Source: the human T2T-CHM13v2.0 reference genome, Homo sapiens
Assembly (NCBI RefSeq): GCF_009914755.1
Contig: NC_060943.1
Reading direction: 5' to 3' (one strand)
Length of the DNA: 64,000 bases
Of the stretch, positions 35,097-48,939 are shown one piece after another. Both the position numbers and the translations under genes were made by a program. The notes beneath the pieces are model-generated. The model saw only the letters and a program-made list of their open reading frames with translations. It ran no database searches and was not told the DNA's origin. Positions within the stretch are counted from its first letter, which is position 1. Each line of letters begins with the position of its first letter.

Positions 35097-36335
35097 CCAA
35101 AATGGTGTAATTTTTCTTGAACAAAATCTTACCCGTAAGCTCTACCCTATCCCAACTTTTAAAAAAGGAAAAAAGAAAAGGCCACACTGATGAATCTGTA
35201 TCACTAGGCTCTGGGGCAGCACACTGATTGTGGGATAACACTTCAAGGTATATCAGTAGGTATGCATCTTGGTACTTTAAAAGCACATTTACTGATGTCT
35301 TTGCCTTCTCAAAAGTGAAGCTTTCAGTTATTATAATGATATTTTATCATATAATGATGAAATGAAGGGATATATTATAGGAGGCATATCAGATAAAGTA
35401 TATAGCTTATATGTGAGAAGTTTGAGCTTCCAGCTAGGGTTAATCATAATCCTTGTAGTTTTGTTTTACTATTATAAAAAACACTCAATATACATCCATA
35501 AAGATACAGTTTAATATGTCCTGTCTTTTGGGACTGATGTAGTGGCTTGAGAACATGAAAGTAGCTTGTTAGTCAAAACCCAATTTCTCACAAAGCAACT
35601 GTTTCAATGCAAATTAGTACATAATTCATGATATAAAAATCTCTCAAATATATGAGATTAAAGTTTCTCTCTGAGCAGTGGGTTTTGCAATGTTAAGGAC
35701 ATAGAGGAAGAAAAAAAATAAAAGGTCATTTCACTTTGTTTCACACTCTTCTAAAAAAGACCACACATGTAACAACATTAATTTCCTTTAGTCAATGGTA
35801 TAGACCGAAACACCTTGTTACTTTATTTAAATAACTCAACATTTAAGTTCTATTTCAATATCAATGGTAGAATGGTAATAAGAAATTGTGTTAAGTTTAT
35901 AAATGAACTTTATTTGATGGAGAAACTAAGCATGACAAAAGATGCCGAAGACATCATTTGAGGTAAGAAGGTTGAGAATTTATTACATCTTCATAGCAAT
36001 CCTGCTTTAGCACTTAGAGGTTGAGAAAGTCAATGATTCAAGCAACCCAAATTGATCAATTCAATAACAAAGGTGCTATATTTGTCATAAAGACAAGTAA
36101 TTCCTTTGAATTTAATAGTTAGCTATAATGAACTCAGAGAAAAAAAATCTTTGTTTATGTCTTCTTCTTCTTCTTCTTTAATAAAAGCTAAGCGAGAACA
36201 TCAGCTCAGGTTACCCAGGCTGAGATCACCTTCCGTTCTTACTTCGCTTTTAGATAGAGACAATACAAGGTATAGTGGTGACAATGTTTTGATCACAAAT
36301 ATTTAAGCTGCTGTGCTGACTCCTTTCTTAACCAC

Positions 36336-36730
36336 TGATATGGTTTCGCTCTGCGTCCCCACCCAAATCTCATGTTGAATTGTAATTCCCAGTGTTGGAG
36401 TTGAGGCCTGGTGGGAGGTGATTGGATCATGGGGGTGCTTTCTAATGGTTTAGCACCATCCCCCAAGTGCTGTCTCGTGACAGAGTTCTCAAGAGATCTG
36501 GTTGTTTGAAAGCATGTAGCACTTCCTGCCCTCTTTCTCTTCCTCTTTCTCTGCCATGTAAAACATGCCTCCTTCCCCTTCACCATCTGCCATATTTATA
36601 AGTTTCCTGAGGCCTCCCCAGCCATGCTTCCTGTATAGCCTATGGAACCATGAGTCAATTAAACCTCTTTTCTTTATAAATTACCTGGTCTCAGGTAGTT
36701 CTTTACAGCAATGGGAGAATGGACAAATAA
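36336..36730 (+). mobile_element. MSTA-type MaLR LTR
   Basis: TGATATGGTTT..CCCACCCAAATCTCAT start; GAGTCAATTAAACCTCTTTTCTTTATAAATTAC. Confidence 0.88.
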
Positions 36731-38218
36731 AGAAAATTGGTACCAGAAAAGTGGGGCATTGCTATAAAGATACCTGAAAATGTGGAAGTCACTTTGGAAA
36801 CAGGTAATGGGCAGAGGTTGTAATAATTTGGAGGGTTCAGAAGAAGACAGGAAGATGAGGGAAAGTTTGGAATCTCCTAGAGAATTGTTACATGGTTTTG
36901 AACAAAATACGGATAGTGATATGGACAGTGAAGTCCAGGCTGAGGTGGTCTCAGATGGAGATGAGGAAGTTATTGGGGACTGGAACTGGTGATATATTTA
37001 GATATATTTAGGTTTGTAAATGCATTTATACATTTTCCCAACATTGGTGCTATGCTTTAGCAAAGAGACTGGCAGCATTATGCCTCTGCTCCAAAGATCT
37101 GTGGAACTTTGAACTTGATAGGGATGATTTAGGTTATCTGGTGGAATAAATTTCTAAGCAGCAAAGCATTCAAGATGTGGTCTGGCTGCTTCTAACAGCA
37201 TATGCTCATATTTATGGGCAAAGAGATTATCTGAAACTGGAACTTATATTTAAAAAAGAAGCAGAGCATAAAAATTTGAAAAATTTGCAGCCTGATCATG
37301 TGGTAGAAAAGAAAAACCAATTTTCTGGGGAGAAATTCAAGGCTGCAGAAATGTGCCTAAGTAAAGAGGAGCTGAATGTTAATAGCCAAGAAAATGGGGA
37401 AAATGCCTCCAGGGCATTTCAGAGCCAGTCATGACAGTCCCTCCTACCACAGGCCTGAAGGCCTAGGAGGGAAAAATAGTTCTGTGGCTCAGGCCCAGGG
37501 CCCTGCTGTTTTCTACAGCTGAAGGACACGGCACCCTGCATTGTAGCTGCTCCAGTTCCAGCCATGGCTAAAAAGGGCCAAGGTATAGCTCAGGCCATTG
37601 CTTCAGAGGGTGCAAACCCCAGGCCTTGGCAGCTTCCACGTACTGTTGGGCCTGTGGTGTGCAGAGGGCAAGAGCTGAGGCTTGGGAACCTCTGCCCAGA
37701 TTTCAGAGGATTTATAGAAACACCTGGATGTCCAGGCAGAAGTCTGCTGCAGGGGTGGAGCCCTCATGGAGAACCTCTACTAGGTCAATGGAGAAGGGAA
37801 ATGTGGGGTTGGAGCCCCCAGAGTCCCCACTGAGGCATTGCCTAGTGGAGCTGTGAGAAGAGGGCCACCGTCCTCCAGACCCCAGACCCACCAACAGCTT
37901 CCACCATGTGCCTGGAAAAGATGCAGGCACTCAACGCCAGCTCATGAAAATAGCCAAGTGGGCTATACCCTGCAGAGCCACAGAGGCAGAGATGCCCAAG
38001 GCCTTGGGAGCTCATCCCTTGCATCAGCATGCCTGGATGTGAGACATGGAGTCAAAGGAGATTATTTTCGAACTCTGAGATTTAATGACTGCCCTGCTGG
38101 GTTTCAGACTGGCATGGGGCCTGCAGCCCCTTTGTTTTGCCTGATTTCTCCCTTTCAGAATGGGGGCATTTACCCAAAGGCTGTAGCCCCATTGTATCTT
38201 GGAAGTAACTAGTTTGTT
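36731..38218 (+). mobile_element. MaLR (MST/THE1) internal sequence, 3' truncated
   Basis: AAATTGGTACC start; decayed MaLR ORF remnants (EGSEEDRKMRESLE, LKNLQPDHVVEKKN). Confidence 0.88.
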
Positions 38219-38444
38219 TATTAGAGTATTATGCATCCATTACAAAAACAAGAGTTATAATCTTAGACTGGGAGGGATTTCCCCAAGGTAACGGCAAAGA
38301 AGAAAAATTAGTATATTAAAAATAAGAATGTACATAACAAATTTTTACATTAATATGAGGTATATGATCATGTTAGTATAGGTAAAAAAATTAAGGTATT
38401 TTAAAAGGTGACATTATGTTCCAGCTGACAGTATCAGGAAGGTA

Positions 38445-38615
38445 GACTGGCACAGCATGGCCTCGGCCTGTTTCTGTACAACCCAGGAGCCAAGAACGCT
38501 TTCTACATTTTTAAAGTGGTGTAAGAAAAACAAAGACTGTGACAAAGAGCACATGTGGCCAGGAAAATCTAAAGTATTTACTACTTGGACCTTTAGAGAA
38601 AAAGTTTAACTCCTA
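38445..38615 (+). mobile_element. MER58C-like MITE
   Basis: TAAAGTATTTACTACTTGGACCTTTAGAGAAAAAGTTT end motif. Confidence 0.6.
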
Positions 38616-39516
38616 CTCTCAAGGGTACCATGTAGGACCCTGAATCTTAACCAAGATGGAAACAAACCATTATAGAAATGAGTTAATTTGTTTTGAATTT
38701 TCTGTTGACTCTTTCTTCTTATCCAGCAGCATCCTTAGCTACACAGTTGCGACGGTGGCTTTTGATGTCAGTCTTGAGGACTCAAGAAACTATCAAAATG
38801 TTTGGATTCACATAAATGTCCAACTTGAAGATTCTACTTTAAGACTGTGGCTATGTCAAGAGATTGTTTGGGTGCGAGAGTATGGGACAGAATGGGAGGA
38901 TAAGAAGATGGACATATGAATACAAGGGTGTCTCACTTGAAAATGCTGCATGAGGAAGACCAGTTATAATGTTGGCATTGGTCATTTTTGATACTTACTT
39001 TAGCTGATTGGCTATTCTTATCTTTTAGGATTAATGGCTACCCATCTATGAATACTCAAGGACAGCTAAGCAGTTAAAACAGGCATCCATCAGATGAGAA
39101 ACAGTATTCTAGAATACCCTTCAATTACACAGATTTATTCTACACCTATTAGCTGCCTCAGGGTGAATTGAAGAGAGCAAAGATCATGCATCTATTACCC
39201 AATTCATTCAGAGAGAAAAGCAAGTCAAGGAAATTGACACAGAAGCATAATTGAGAGGTCTGAGGGGGCAATCATGGGGCAGTGCCTCTGAAACAGACTG
39301 AATGAGCAAAAACAAACAATGGTAGGTGAATATGGAAAGTGAGAAGAGGTTGAGGGGACAGATACCTTAGGACCTAATAGACCACTTTAAGTACTTTAAA
39401 CTTACTATGTGTGAAATGGGGAGCCACAGGAAAGCTTAAACAGAGAAGTGATGTGTTCTGACTCATGTTCTAGAAGGGGCTCCCTGGCTGCTGTGTTCCT
39501 GCAGCACAGTTCTCAC

Positions 39517-39612
39517 CTGAACATCCATCCCTTGGGGTTTCTGTCTCCACCATCAAAAGCTTTTCTTCTCTCTCCAGCTGGGATATTAGGTCTGGCTTGA
39601 AGGGCTGATGTG
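39517..39612 (-). CDS. ZNF112: ZNF112 KRAB-B exon (96 nt)
   Basis: CTTTACAG acceptor, GTGAG donor; encodes (A)[31 protein letters not shown](G). Confidence 0.94.
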
Positions 39613-39770
39613 CTGTAAAGAAGGAAAGGACAGCAAAAGTTTTTAAGTTTGATGACATTCAATTGGTCAAAACTAGACAAAAAGGTATACACAGACAAGT
39701 GAGACTCTCTCCCACATCCCTTCCACCCTGTTACCTTCCACTCACTATAAGAAACTAACTTCATGATTTT

Positions 39771-40064
39771 CTTTTTTTTTTTTTTAAATAGGCTCTCACT
39801 TTTCTGCCTGTGCCAGCATGCAGTGGCATGATCACAGCTCACTACAACTGCAGCCTCAACCCCTGGGCTCAAGCAATCCTCCCACCTGGGCCTCCAGAGT
39901 AGCCGGGACCATGGGTGTGCATCATTATGCCCAGCTAAATTTTTTGTAGAGACAGGGTCTCCCTGCATTGCCCAGGCTGGTCCTGAACTCCTGGGTTCAA
40001 GCAATCCTCTTGCCTTGGCCTCCCAAAGTGCTGAGATTACAGGTGTGAGCCACCACGCCTGGCC
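39771..40064 (-). mobile_element. Alu (J family)
   Basis: Reverse Alu. Confidence 0.9.
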
Positions 40065-40109
40065 ATTATTTTCATTAAACCTTCCTTCTTGTGTTTCTTC
40101 TTATAAAAA

Positions 40110-40240
40110 TAAGTATATATATAAAATATATATTATTTTTATATATTACATATATTTTTATATATATTATATATATTTCATATATGTATAAAATATATAT
40201 ACATTTTGTATATGTATATATACAGACATATATATATGTC
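40110..40240. repeat. TA-rich low-complexity repeat
   Basis: Imperfect (TA)n. Confidence 0.85.
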
Positions 40241-40606
40241 TGTACCCACACACTGTCTATTTACTTATTTTACCTTATTTCTTACATGAATTGTAGTATA
40301 CTATTAATATTCTTTTGGACATGGCTATTTTTAGGGAAAATCCCCAGAAATGGGTTGCCGGGGAAGGGTAAATACCTAGCTTTGTTAGATATTGTCAACT
40401 TCCCCTCCCTAAGGGTTGTATCATTTTGCATTCTTCCTTTCAATGCATGAATGTTCTTCATTCCCCACAGCTTTGCCAAAAAACGTATAGTGTTACGTTT
40501 TTGAATTTTTGCCAATTTCATGGGTGAGAAATGGCATTTCAGTATAATTGTAATGAACATTTCTTTTGAAATAAACTGAACATCTATTCATATGTATACA
40601 TATTTC

Positions 40607-40669
40607 TATGTGTGTATATGTGTATGTATATACATACACAAACACACAAACACACACACACACACACAC
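40607..40669. repeat. Compound (TG/TA)/(CA)n microsatellite
   Basis: Direct reading. Confidence 0.9.
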
Positions 40670-41571
40670 CCTAGCTCTATGTCCTGAGACAAAGAAACAT
40701 AGATCATAGATACTACAGTGACCATACCTAGCATCCAGACTTTGGCATTAAATACCATTCCCCAGTTTAAAAAAAAAAAAAAAAAAAAGATAATTCCAGA
40801 GCCAAGGCAAAGTAAAGATGAGCACAAAATACTGTTCTCTGCCAACAAAGTAAGAAAGTGCTCAAAAAAAAAATTGGGGACATGTTACAAGGTCACAGGA
40901 GCCAGCTTAAAGAGGCCAAACTTGGGACAATTTTAACATCTAAAAAATTACAGTAATAAACTATAAACCTTTAAAAAATTTCACAAATCCCTACAAATAA
41001 CATTGAAATGATGCTTGAGAAGTGGGGGGCTCTTGTTGACTGCAAGTTTATGCCAGGTGCTGACTGCTAAATGTGAAGGAGGTAAAGTTAGAAAAGTCAT
41101 CATTTTGTAACTGTCATGGTAAGGACCAGATAAGGCAAGATCATCAGCAGGTGCTTAATCTACAGGAAAATACTTGTGTTACCCGATGATTACAAATGGG
41201 GAAAAAAGCAGTAATTATATAGTGGGGAAACTGCATAACATCGTGACTGGGTAATCAAAGTTAACACCACCTTTGAGGGACAGATGACTTCACGTGCCTC
41301 CAGATGTGATTCCCTCAAAAGTGCACACTCTACCTACATAGTGTTCCTGCTGCATGGATCATCTGAATCTAATTTTGTGGAATCATTAGGAATGTTCTAT
41401 TAAAAATAAGGGAAGAGGTGATAGCGTTCTTCAAAAATGTTACTGTCATAAAAGAGAAAGAAATGCTGTGGAAATGTTCTAAATTAAAGAAGGCTAAAGA
41501 GACAGAACAACTATACTAGACTCTAGATCCTGTTCTGGAGGGAGAAAAATATGCTTTAAAGAATAAAATTA

Positions 41572-41860
41572 GGCTGGTCGTGGTGACTCATGCCTGTAAT
41601 CCCAGCACTTTGGGAGGCTGAGGCAGGTGGATCACCTGAGGCCAGGAGTTTGAGACCAGTGTGGCCAACATGGTGAAACCTCATCTCTAATAAAAATATA
41701 AAAATTAGCTGGGCATGGTGGTAGTTGCCTGTAATCTCAGCTACAGGTGGCTGAGGCACGAGAATCACTTGAATCTGGGAGGCAGAGGATTCAGTGAGCT
41801 GAGGTTGCACCACTGCACTCCAGCCTGGGCAACAGAGTGAGACTCTGTCTCAAAAGAAAA
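41572..41860 (+). mobile_element. Alu (S family)
   Basis: Full dimer. Confidence 0.93.
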
Positions 41861-41979
41861 AATATATATATAAAATTGGCTTTATGGATAAAATCACAGC
41901 ATAAATGATAGATAAGATAAAAACATTATATCTGTCCTGAGAACAGGTAAGAGAATATTCCTCTTTTTATAAAACAGAC

Positions 41980-42620
41980 TGTGCAGTAAAGGAAAGAGTT
42001 AGTTTTGTTTAAAGAGAGATCTGGATTTTGCCTTTGGCTTCTGGAGAAGGTAATCGCTAAGTCCCTGGAATATACTGCCCGATTAGAGTGTCTTTCGTTT
42101 ACCCAGAAGCCTTGGGCCACACACCAGATAGTTAAACAATGTGATTTATAGTAGGGGCTTTGAGCCATGTGGTATTAGCTTAACCTCTGGAGAAACTGGA
42201 ATCTAAGAGCAGCCACCCAGGTGGTCAATCATATCTAGGTAACTAAGCTCCAGTAAAAACTCTGGACACCAAGGCTCAAATGAGCCTCTCTGGCTGGCAA
42301 TGCTCCTTACGTATTGTCATACTTCACTGCTGGGAAGTCAGTGCTGTCCACAACTCCACGGAAGATGACAAGTGGAAGCTGACATCTGGAACACTCCTGG
42401 ACTCTGCCTCCTGGGCCTCTTCCCTAGGCTGACTTTAATCTGATTCCTTTCCCTGTAATGAATCATTAACTGTGAAGACAACTGCTTTCAGTGAGTTCTG
42501 TGAGTCCTTCTAGTGAATTATTGAGCCTGAGTGTGGGGCTCAGTACTCTTGGGTCTTGGGGACTCCTAATCTTGCAGTTGGTATCAGAGGTGAGAGTGAA
42601 CTTGGGGACTCCTGAACTCT
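41980..42620 (+). mobile_element. MER21-family LTR
   Basis: CCAGTAAAAACTCTGGACACCAAGGCTC; GTGAGTTCTGTGAGTCCTTCTAGTGAATTATTGA. Confidence 0.7.
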
Positions 42621-43188
42621 GTATATACACTGAAGTATTTAGAGAAAAACGGCCATGGTATATTAACTTACCCTCAAGTCGTTCAGAAAAAGATATTATG
42701 ACTATATATATTTTTTCATATACATACATAAGTATGTATGGAGAGGGAAAGAACATGAACATAAATGATAGAGCAAATAGGGTAAAATGTTATTAGAGGT
42801 GAATCCAGGTAGAATCTTGGCGAATCTATATGGGTGTTCTTGTCCTTTTGTAAGTTTTCTGTGAGTTTAAAGTTATTTACAAATATAATGTTTTTTAAAA
42901 AAACCCCTCTAAAAAGTCAAGTTCATCAACAGTTACTGGTGCCCTGAAAAATAAACTTACTAACCTGGAACAACTTACTAAACTGTTTGATGGCAAATCA
43001 ATGAAGCAGGACCATATTTACTATTCCAAGGATAGACTGGACAAAACCATCAGAAACATCTTGTCTGTGTTGCACGGGGATTATTAGGACTCTCGGGCAC
43101 CTAATCTCAGAGAATAATTTCAGGGGCTTCAGAGTTTCTAACAATTGAGCACACAAAGACACCCCAGGAGGCTGCCATTGAGTAACTA

Positions 43189-43332
<144 letters not shown>

Positions 43333-43779
43333 CTACAATGCCAAACACATGCACACTAAGTTTACAGAAGAAGGGCAGTGCTGAGAAGGTGTAAAGGACT
43401 GGAAGCTGTTCTGGAGTCTGGGCAACTTGAGTCACATTTACATAGTTCTCTTCTGTTTACCTTCTGTAATGCTAATACCATTCACCAAAAGGGCTGCAAG
43501 AAAAGAAATCCTTGCACTTTGAAATTACTTCCTTTTGTTAGCACTTATAAGTAAGCCTCTGGAACTCTGTTGCACCCTAGGTTACCAATATTTTAAATTG
43601 TAATAATAATGTCATTTGCTCCACAAAAGCTTTAGTTCTAACAGTGACTGATGCTACCTGTTTCTCCTCATTTACACACACACACATCACTTATTTAATT
43701 TGTCAAATTTACAGGGTATCAGTCATCCTTACTGCTCAAATATGTAGCTCATCCTCTGTGCTCATCTGGAGACTGCTGC

Positions 43780-44000
43780 AGTGATGGGCACAGCTCTGGA
43801 GCCTGACTGCCTGTGTCTGGATCTGGGCGCTCTGCCCAATGCTAGCTCTATGATCTTGGACAAGTTTCCTATCTTCTCATTTGTATGGTGAAACTTATAC
43901 CATACAGTCCTAGTAATAAAATGAGTGACCACATGTAAAGCATGGAAAACAGCACCTGGCACACAGTAAGTACCCAACAAATGTTAGCTACATTATTAAT
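43780..44000 (+). mobile_element. MIR
   Basis: GCTCTGGAGCCTGACTGCCTG...CACCTGGCACACAGTAAGTACCCAACAAATGTTAGC. Confidence 0.75.
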
Positions 44001-45324
44001 ATTTTCATTATATCTTCTATCCCATTTCTGGGCTGCAAAGTAATTCAGAGAACTAATGGTCTAGAATATAATAATTTGATCCAACTAATGCACACTTAGT
44101 TTGAGGTTACCTATACGAACAATGTTGCAAAAACAATCTTTTGCATTGACGTTAACCTCTGGAATTCTGTTGATTATCTCCTCAAAATAAATACCAAAAA
44201 GTAACAATGGCAATGCTGAAGAATAATGACCTTTAAAGTTCTGAAATCATAATGGCAGGTGTTTTCCCAAAACAGACTTTCGCCTTCCATCTTAGCCTTC
44301 TTCCAAGAAAGTATAAATCATAGTCAACACTGGATATGAAAGCTTTTTAAAAAAATCTTTCATAATCTCACAAGTAAATTTGGGAAGTAAAAATCAGTTA
44401 TTAAAAACATTCTCACAAACTTATTGGTAATAAAGTTCATTCTCTTTACACACATTTGCTGTTCATCTCGATTTCTTGTTTTGTAATAATAATTCATTTG
44501 GAGGACACCGAGGTCTTTTCTTCCATGGACATTGTAAATATTTTTCATTCCACTTTGCTGTCTTGTAACTTTTTGCTGTAGGGTAATTTTAAATTTTTAA
44601 ATGAACAACTGTTCAGTCCCATATTTCTTCTGGCTGCAGTTCTGAGCATAACAGCTTCAGCTCTGAATGCAGAACTCTGCTTTGGTTTGCTTTGCTTTTT
44701 TGTAAGTCTTTCCACGCAAGTGATATGCCTGAAACTCTTGGCCCAGAAAGCAAAGGCTTTAGAGTTGGCCCAATGCTTATCTTCCTGTATGAACATGAAC
44801 CTCTTAACAGTGCAAACGACTCTACAGTTCCCCTCCAACAGTCATCTGGGGCCATGAATAGTGTGACAGATGCAAAGTGCCTATATATCCTATGGTATGA
44901 CTAAAAACTTTAAACTAAGTACCTGTATTACTCTAATAAAATTAATACATGAATAATGAAACACACACAGACATACAAACATATATAGATAAACACATAG
45001 CTATAGGTACTGAGAAGAATCTAGCTCTTCTTATATAAGAATCTAGCTCTTCTTGTACAAAAACATCTATTTTTCCCCCAACCTTAGCTTCAATATAATC
45101 TTGTTAGACAAAATCATATTTTATGTATTCCACCTGAGACATCACTTAGGAGAAAATATTTTTAGTTTTGAGTCTCTAGAACATTATGGACAAATAATAT
45201 CAAAATTCTCTCACACTGGTTTTTGAGTCAAGATTATTTGTAGGAAAACTGATACTGCAATGTAAAACTGCAAGAATCCTCAGGAACGTAAAAGCTTGTG
45301 AGTTGGAAATAATTTAAAGAAAAG

Positions 45325-45633
45325 GGCCGGGCACGGTGGCTCACGCCTGTAATCCCAGCACTTTGGGAGGCTGAGGCACGTAGATCACGAGGTCAGGAGT
45401 TCAAGACCAGCCTGGCCAAGATGGTGAAACCCCATCTCTACTAAAAATACAAAAAAATAGCTCGGTGTGGTGGCAGGCACCTGTAATCCCAGCTACTCGG
45501 GAGGCTGAGGCAGAGAATTGCTGGAATCCAGGAGGTGGAGGGTGCAGTGAGCCGAGATCATGCCACTGCATTCCAGCCTGGGCAACAGAGCGAGACTCCA
45601 TCTCAAAAAAAAAAAAGAAAAAGAAAAAGAAAA
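45325..45633 (+). mobile_element. Alu (S family)
   Basis: GGCCGGGCACGGTGGCTCACGCC start; A-rich tail. Confidence 0.95.
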
Positions 45634-46043
45634 GGGGGAGAGGGATAACAACAGTTTACGTCAATAATATTAGATGATAAAAATTAACTGCTAAAAATTA
45701 AGCGGATAAAAATTCAAAATTGTTATGTATTAATGCAAGAACAGTTATATTTAAAAAAATGACCATGGACAAAAACAGATTTGTAAGCAGGGTAATAAGG
45801 TGTAGGATTTTAAAATTTCTATTCTTCTTTGTACTATTATTTATGAAATAAATAATAAAACACATTTACAACTAAAAGGAAATTTTAGAAAAGGACAAAA
45901 ACAAAAAGCAAGAGCCTGATACATAAATGATACTAAATGCCTGTTGTCATTCTTTACCCTTGGCAAAGAAGGGGGAAAAAGATATGTCCACTCACTGCAA
46001 AATGAGGTCACATGTAAAACGGCATAAATGAAAACCAGCTCAC

Positions 46044-46058
46044 CTGGAATTTGGTCAT
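46044..46058 (-). CDS. ZNF112: ZNF112 first coding exon, MTKFQ (exon 46044-46092)
   Basis: ATGACCAAATTCCAG|GTGAG; acceptor CTTCTCAG; paralogous to ZNF235 exon 2. Confidence 0.85.
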
Positions 46059-47844
46059 TTTTCTCTTTCTTTTTCTAGAGAAAGGCAGAGACCTGAGAAG
46101 GCAGAACAGGGTAATACGAAAGAAGCCATGATTAAAAGGGAAACGTATCTTTGTGCAAATTAGAAAAAGGTGTCCCTTCCCCCAGCAGATGTGGCCACAC
46201 ACCGGCGTTAAGGAGCAGGTAGCATGGGTTGGATTCTAGCTACCACTTGGCTATCCTGGCAGGGTGCCCGCATGCACGGAGCAACCTGCACAGCTGTACC
46301 CAGTAGCCTCACATGCCTTACAGCTCCCAGCATGCTCATTCTGATTCTGGGAGAGGTGGGAAAGGAGAGGTAGTGGCATGTCATGTACTGGTTAAAAGTG
46401 GACTCTGGGGACAAAATGTCTACGTTCAAAACCTGGTGCTACCATATACTTGCTGAGTAACCATGGTTAAATTCATGAACCTTTCTAATGTTTCAGTTCT
46501 GTCATCTGCAAAATCCAGACCACACAGTGCCAACAATATATGATTGTTATTAGGATTATCTGTGTGCATAGAGGAAACCTATTATAACTATACCAGGGAT
46601 CTCTACTTCCTTGCAACTATAGAGATGCAGATACCATTCTGTATCACAAAATTGCCCTGGCGAATGTATTTTGTAAGACATCTGGACAGCAGAGATTACT
46701 GCTCTGTCCCGGGAAAGTCACCCTTAACTTCGGAATGTCTGTAGCTCTGGCTTCTTACTTTTGTTGCCACAGTATATACTATATACATCGAGACCACCCT
46801 TATGAAAAATACAGTGGCTAGTAAATATTCTTCCTGAGCTCAGGGGAAGTTCAGTGGTACATCCCTCTTCCCACAGGGTACAACAAAAGACTAATGAAAC
46901 CTGTGAGACTACTACATTTCTCATGTTAAACAAAAATGTGATCCTCTGTCTAGATATGACAAAATCTCATTGGTGATGAGAACACCTAGCCTGCAGGGTT
47001 GTTTGTGGGGCTGCGTGTGCTCCTCTGTGAAAAGCAGCTCAGTGCTTGACCCTGGGGAGGACTGGACACCAGGAGTTTAATTTCATGGTTCTTCCTCAAG
47101 GTTTGTTACTTTACTTACTGTTCTCAGGCAACATTAAGGCTATCTGTGGAAGAGAAAGAACTGAAAAAAATAAAAAAGGAACTGAAAATGAACTGTGGGT
47201 AAGGCAGAGCCTTCTAGCACCACCTCAAAGAGAGGTGCACTACTCCAGTAGGCACCTGCTCCCTCCTGCCCCACCTGGCCTCTGCTGTAGAATCCACAGG
47301 ATGTAAGCACAACTACCAAGAACAAGTATGAACTTGGCTGCGTAATCAGCAGTAAAAGAGCTGAGTTTTCTTTCACTCATCCAATATTTATGGATTGCCT
47401 TCTAAAAGGGATACAGTGCCCAGATAGATGCCAGGGTAGAGGGTGCACGGAGTCCTTTGAGAGAGCATGGAAGGGCCCTCAAATCCATACATGATGATGG
47501 AGGATGGATGAGGATGGAGAAAATGAGGGCTGATCTTAATGTTGGAAGGTGACTGACCTATATTTGCCACTCAAAGAGAAAGGAGTCATCAGACTATTGA
47601 AACAGAATGAGAGTTAGTGGGTATCTAGGGCAAGAGAGAAGGCAGAAAATGTAAGAAGACCAACTCACATGCTTTAGAGGAACTCCCTCACTTAATCCCA
47701 CAACCACCCAAGAAGTTGGGACAATTTGTAACTCTTTTTACAGTTGAGAATACTGAGGCATTAATATTTTAAGCTGCTTTGTCATTTTAGCTAGCAGAAT
47801 GGCCAGGACTATTAGTCCAGGGTCTGTGTTCTCAGTTACTAGGA

Positions 47845-48010
47845 CAGTGGCTCTTAAGCTGCCAGCTCACCGGTATCAATGGGGAGCTTTAAAAAAAACC
47901 AATGCCCAGACCCAAGTCCAGGCTCTATAAATGAGGATCTGTGGAAGAAGAGTTTTTATGAAATCCCCCAGGTGACTACAGTGTGCAGAGAGGATTGCAA
48001 ACCACAGACC
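47845..48010. mobile_element. MER5A-like MITE
   Basis: CAGTGG..CT start; CCCCAGGTGA...GTGCAG...TTG.AAACCAC end. Confidence 0.6.
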
Positions 48011-48648
48011 AGGACATACATAGAGACAGTTTGCAGGATAAGCCCATGCAATTAACCACTAGGCCATTTGGCCTCTCAAGAAAATTGTCAGAGAACACTC
48101 AAGCCAGGAACAGAGAAGGGCCTGGGAGCCAGGCCTCTTGATTCCCAGATCCCCATTTCTCTCTTTTAAATGATGTTCTTGGAGCTGTCACTAAGAGAAA
48201 GGAGCAGTAACATGCGCTGTGGGTGTCTGCAGTCACGCACTCCGTGTGAGGACAGCCTTCCAGTTTAGACCTCTCTGATCACCTTTATCAAGCAGGGGGT
48301 CACTAATCAGCCAAGGGACTTTGAGAATTCAAAAGAAAAGGGAATTCCTGTTAAATATGAAATCACACAGTGGTCATCCTATAGACTATTGTTGCTTCTT
48401 CATGTTTGATAGAATTAAAGCCTGATTATGTTCCTTTCTTGGTTAAAACAAGTGCATAGCTGCCTTTGGGATAAAGTCTAGATTCTTAGCAAGCCACACA
48501 GGAATCTTTCATGTCTGTCTGCTCATTTTCTCTGCAAATCTTCTCTCCCCTTTGATCTCCAGCCGTGTCAATCACTTGATCTCATAAAAGAGTCTCCAGG
48601 CCCTTGCATGTGCCACCCCTCCTGCACTCCTTTCTCTTTTCACTTAGA

Positions 48649-48822
48649 GCAGGGGTTGGAAAGCTTTCATAAAAAGGACAGATAGTGAGTATTTCAGGCT
48701 TTGTGGGTCACATGCTGTCTCTGTCCAATATTGTTCTTTCTTTTCACAACCCTTCAAATGTAAAAATCATTCTTAGCTGAAGAAGAGACACACAAAAACA
48801 AGCCACAGGCAATTTGCCCACT
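48649..48822 (-). mobile_element. MER58C-like MITE
   Basis: CAGGGGTTGGAAAGCTTT...AGATAGTGAGTATTTCAGGCTTTGTGGG. Confidence 0.65.
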
Positions 48823-48939
48823 CCCATCACAGATCCTCTTAGCTTTTAACACTGAGCTTGTATGTGCCCCGCTCTGTGATACCTTTAAGAAGGTTTCGCT
48901 GAAGCCTCATTAGCTCCTAAAACCCATTTTGCCAGCCTA

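Larger units (their letters stand above)
40670..42900 (+). mobile_element. L1MC-type 3' UTR fragments split by an Alu and an LTR
   Basis: L1MC3/4-like 3' end (GGAGCCAGCTT.AAG.GGC, AAAGAAGGCTAAAGAGAC, CTTTTGTAAGTTTTCTGTGAGTTT). Confidence 0.6.

Noticed and set aside
36565-38212. Chain of plus-strand ORFs
   Set aside because: Decayed MaLR internal ORF with stops and frameshifts
45015-45054. Short direct repeats (AAGAATCTAGCTCTTCTT x2; also 22744-22775)
   Set aside because: Simple slippage duplications with only two copies and no spacer array, so not CRISPR-like
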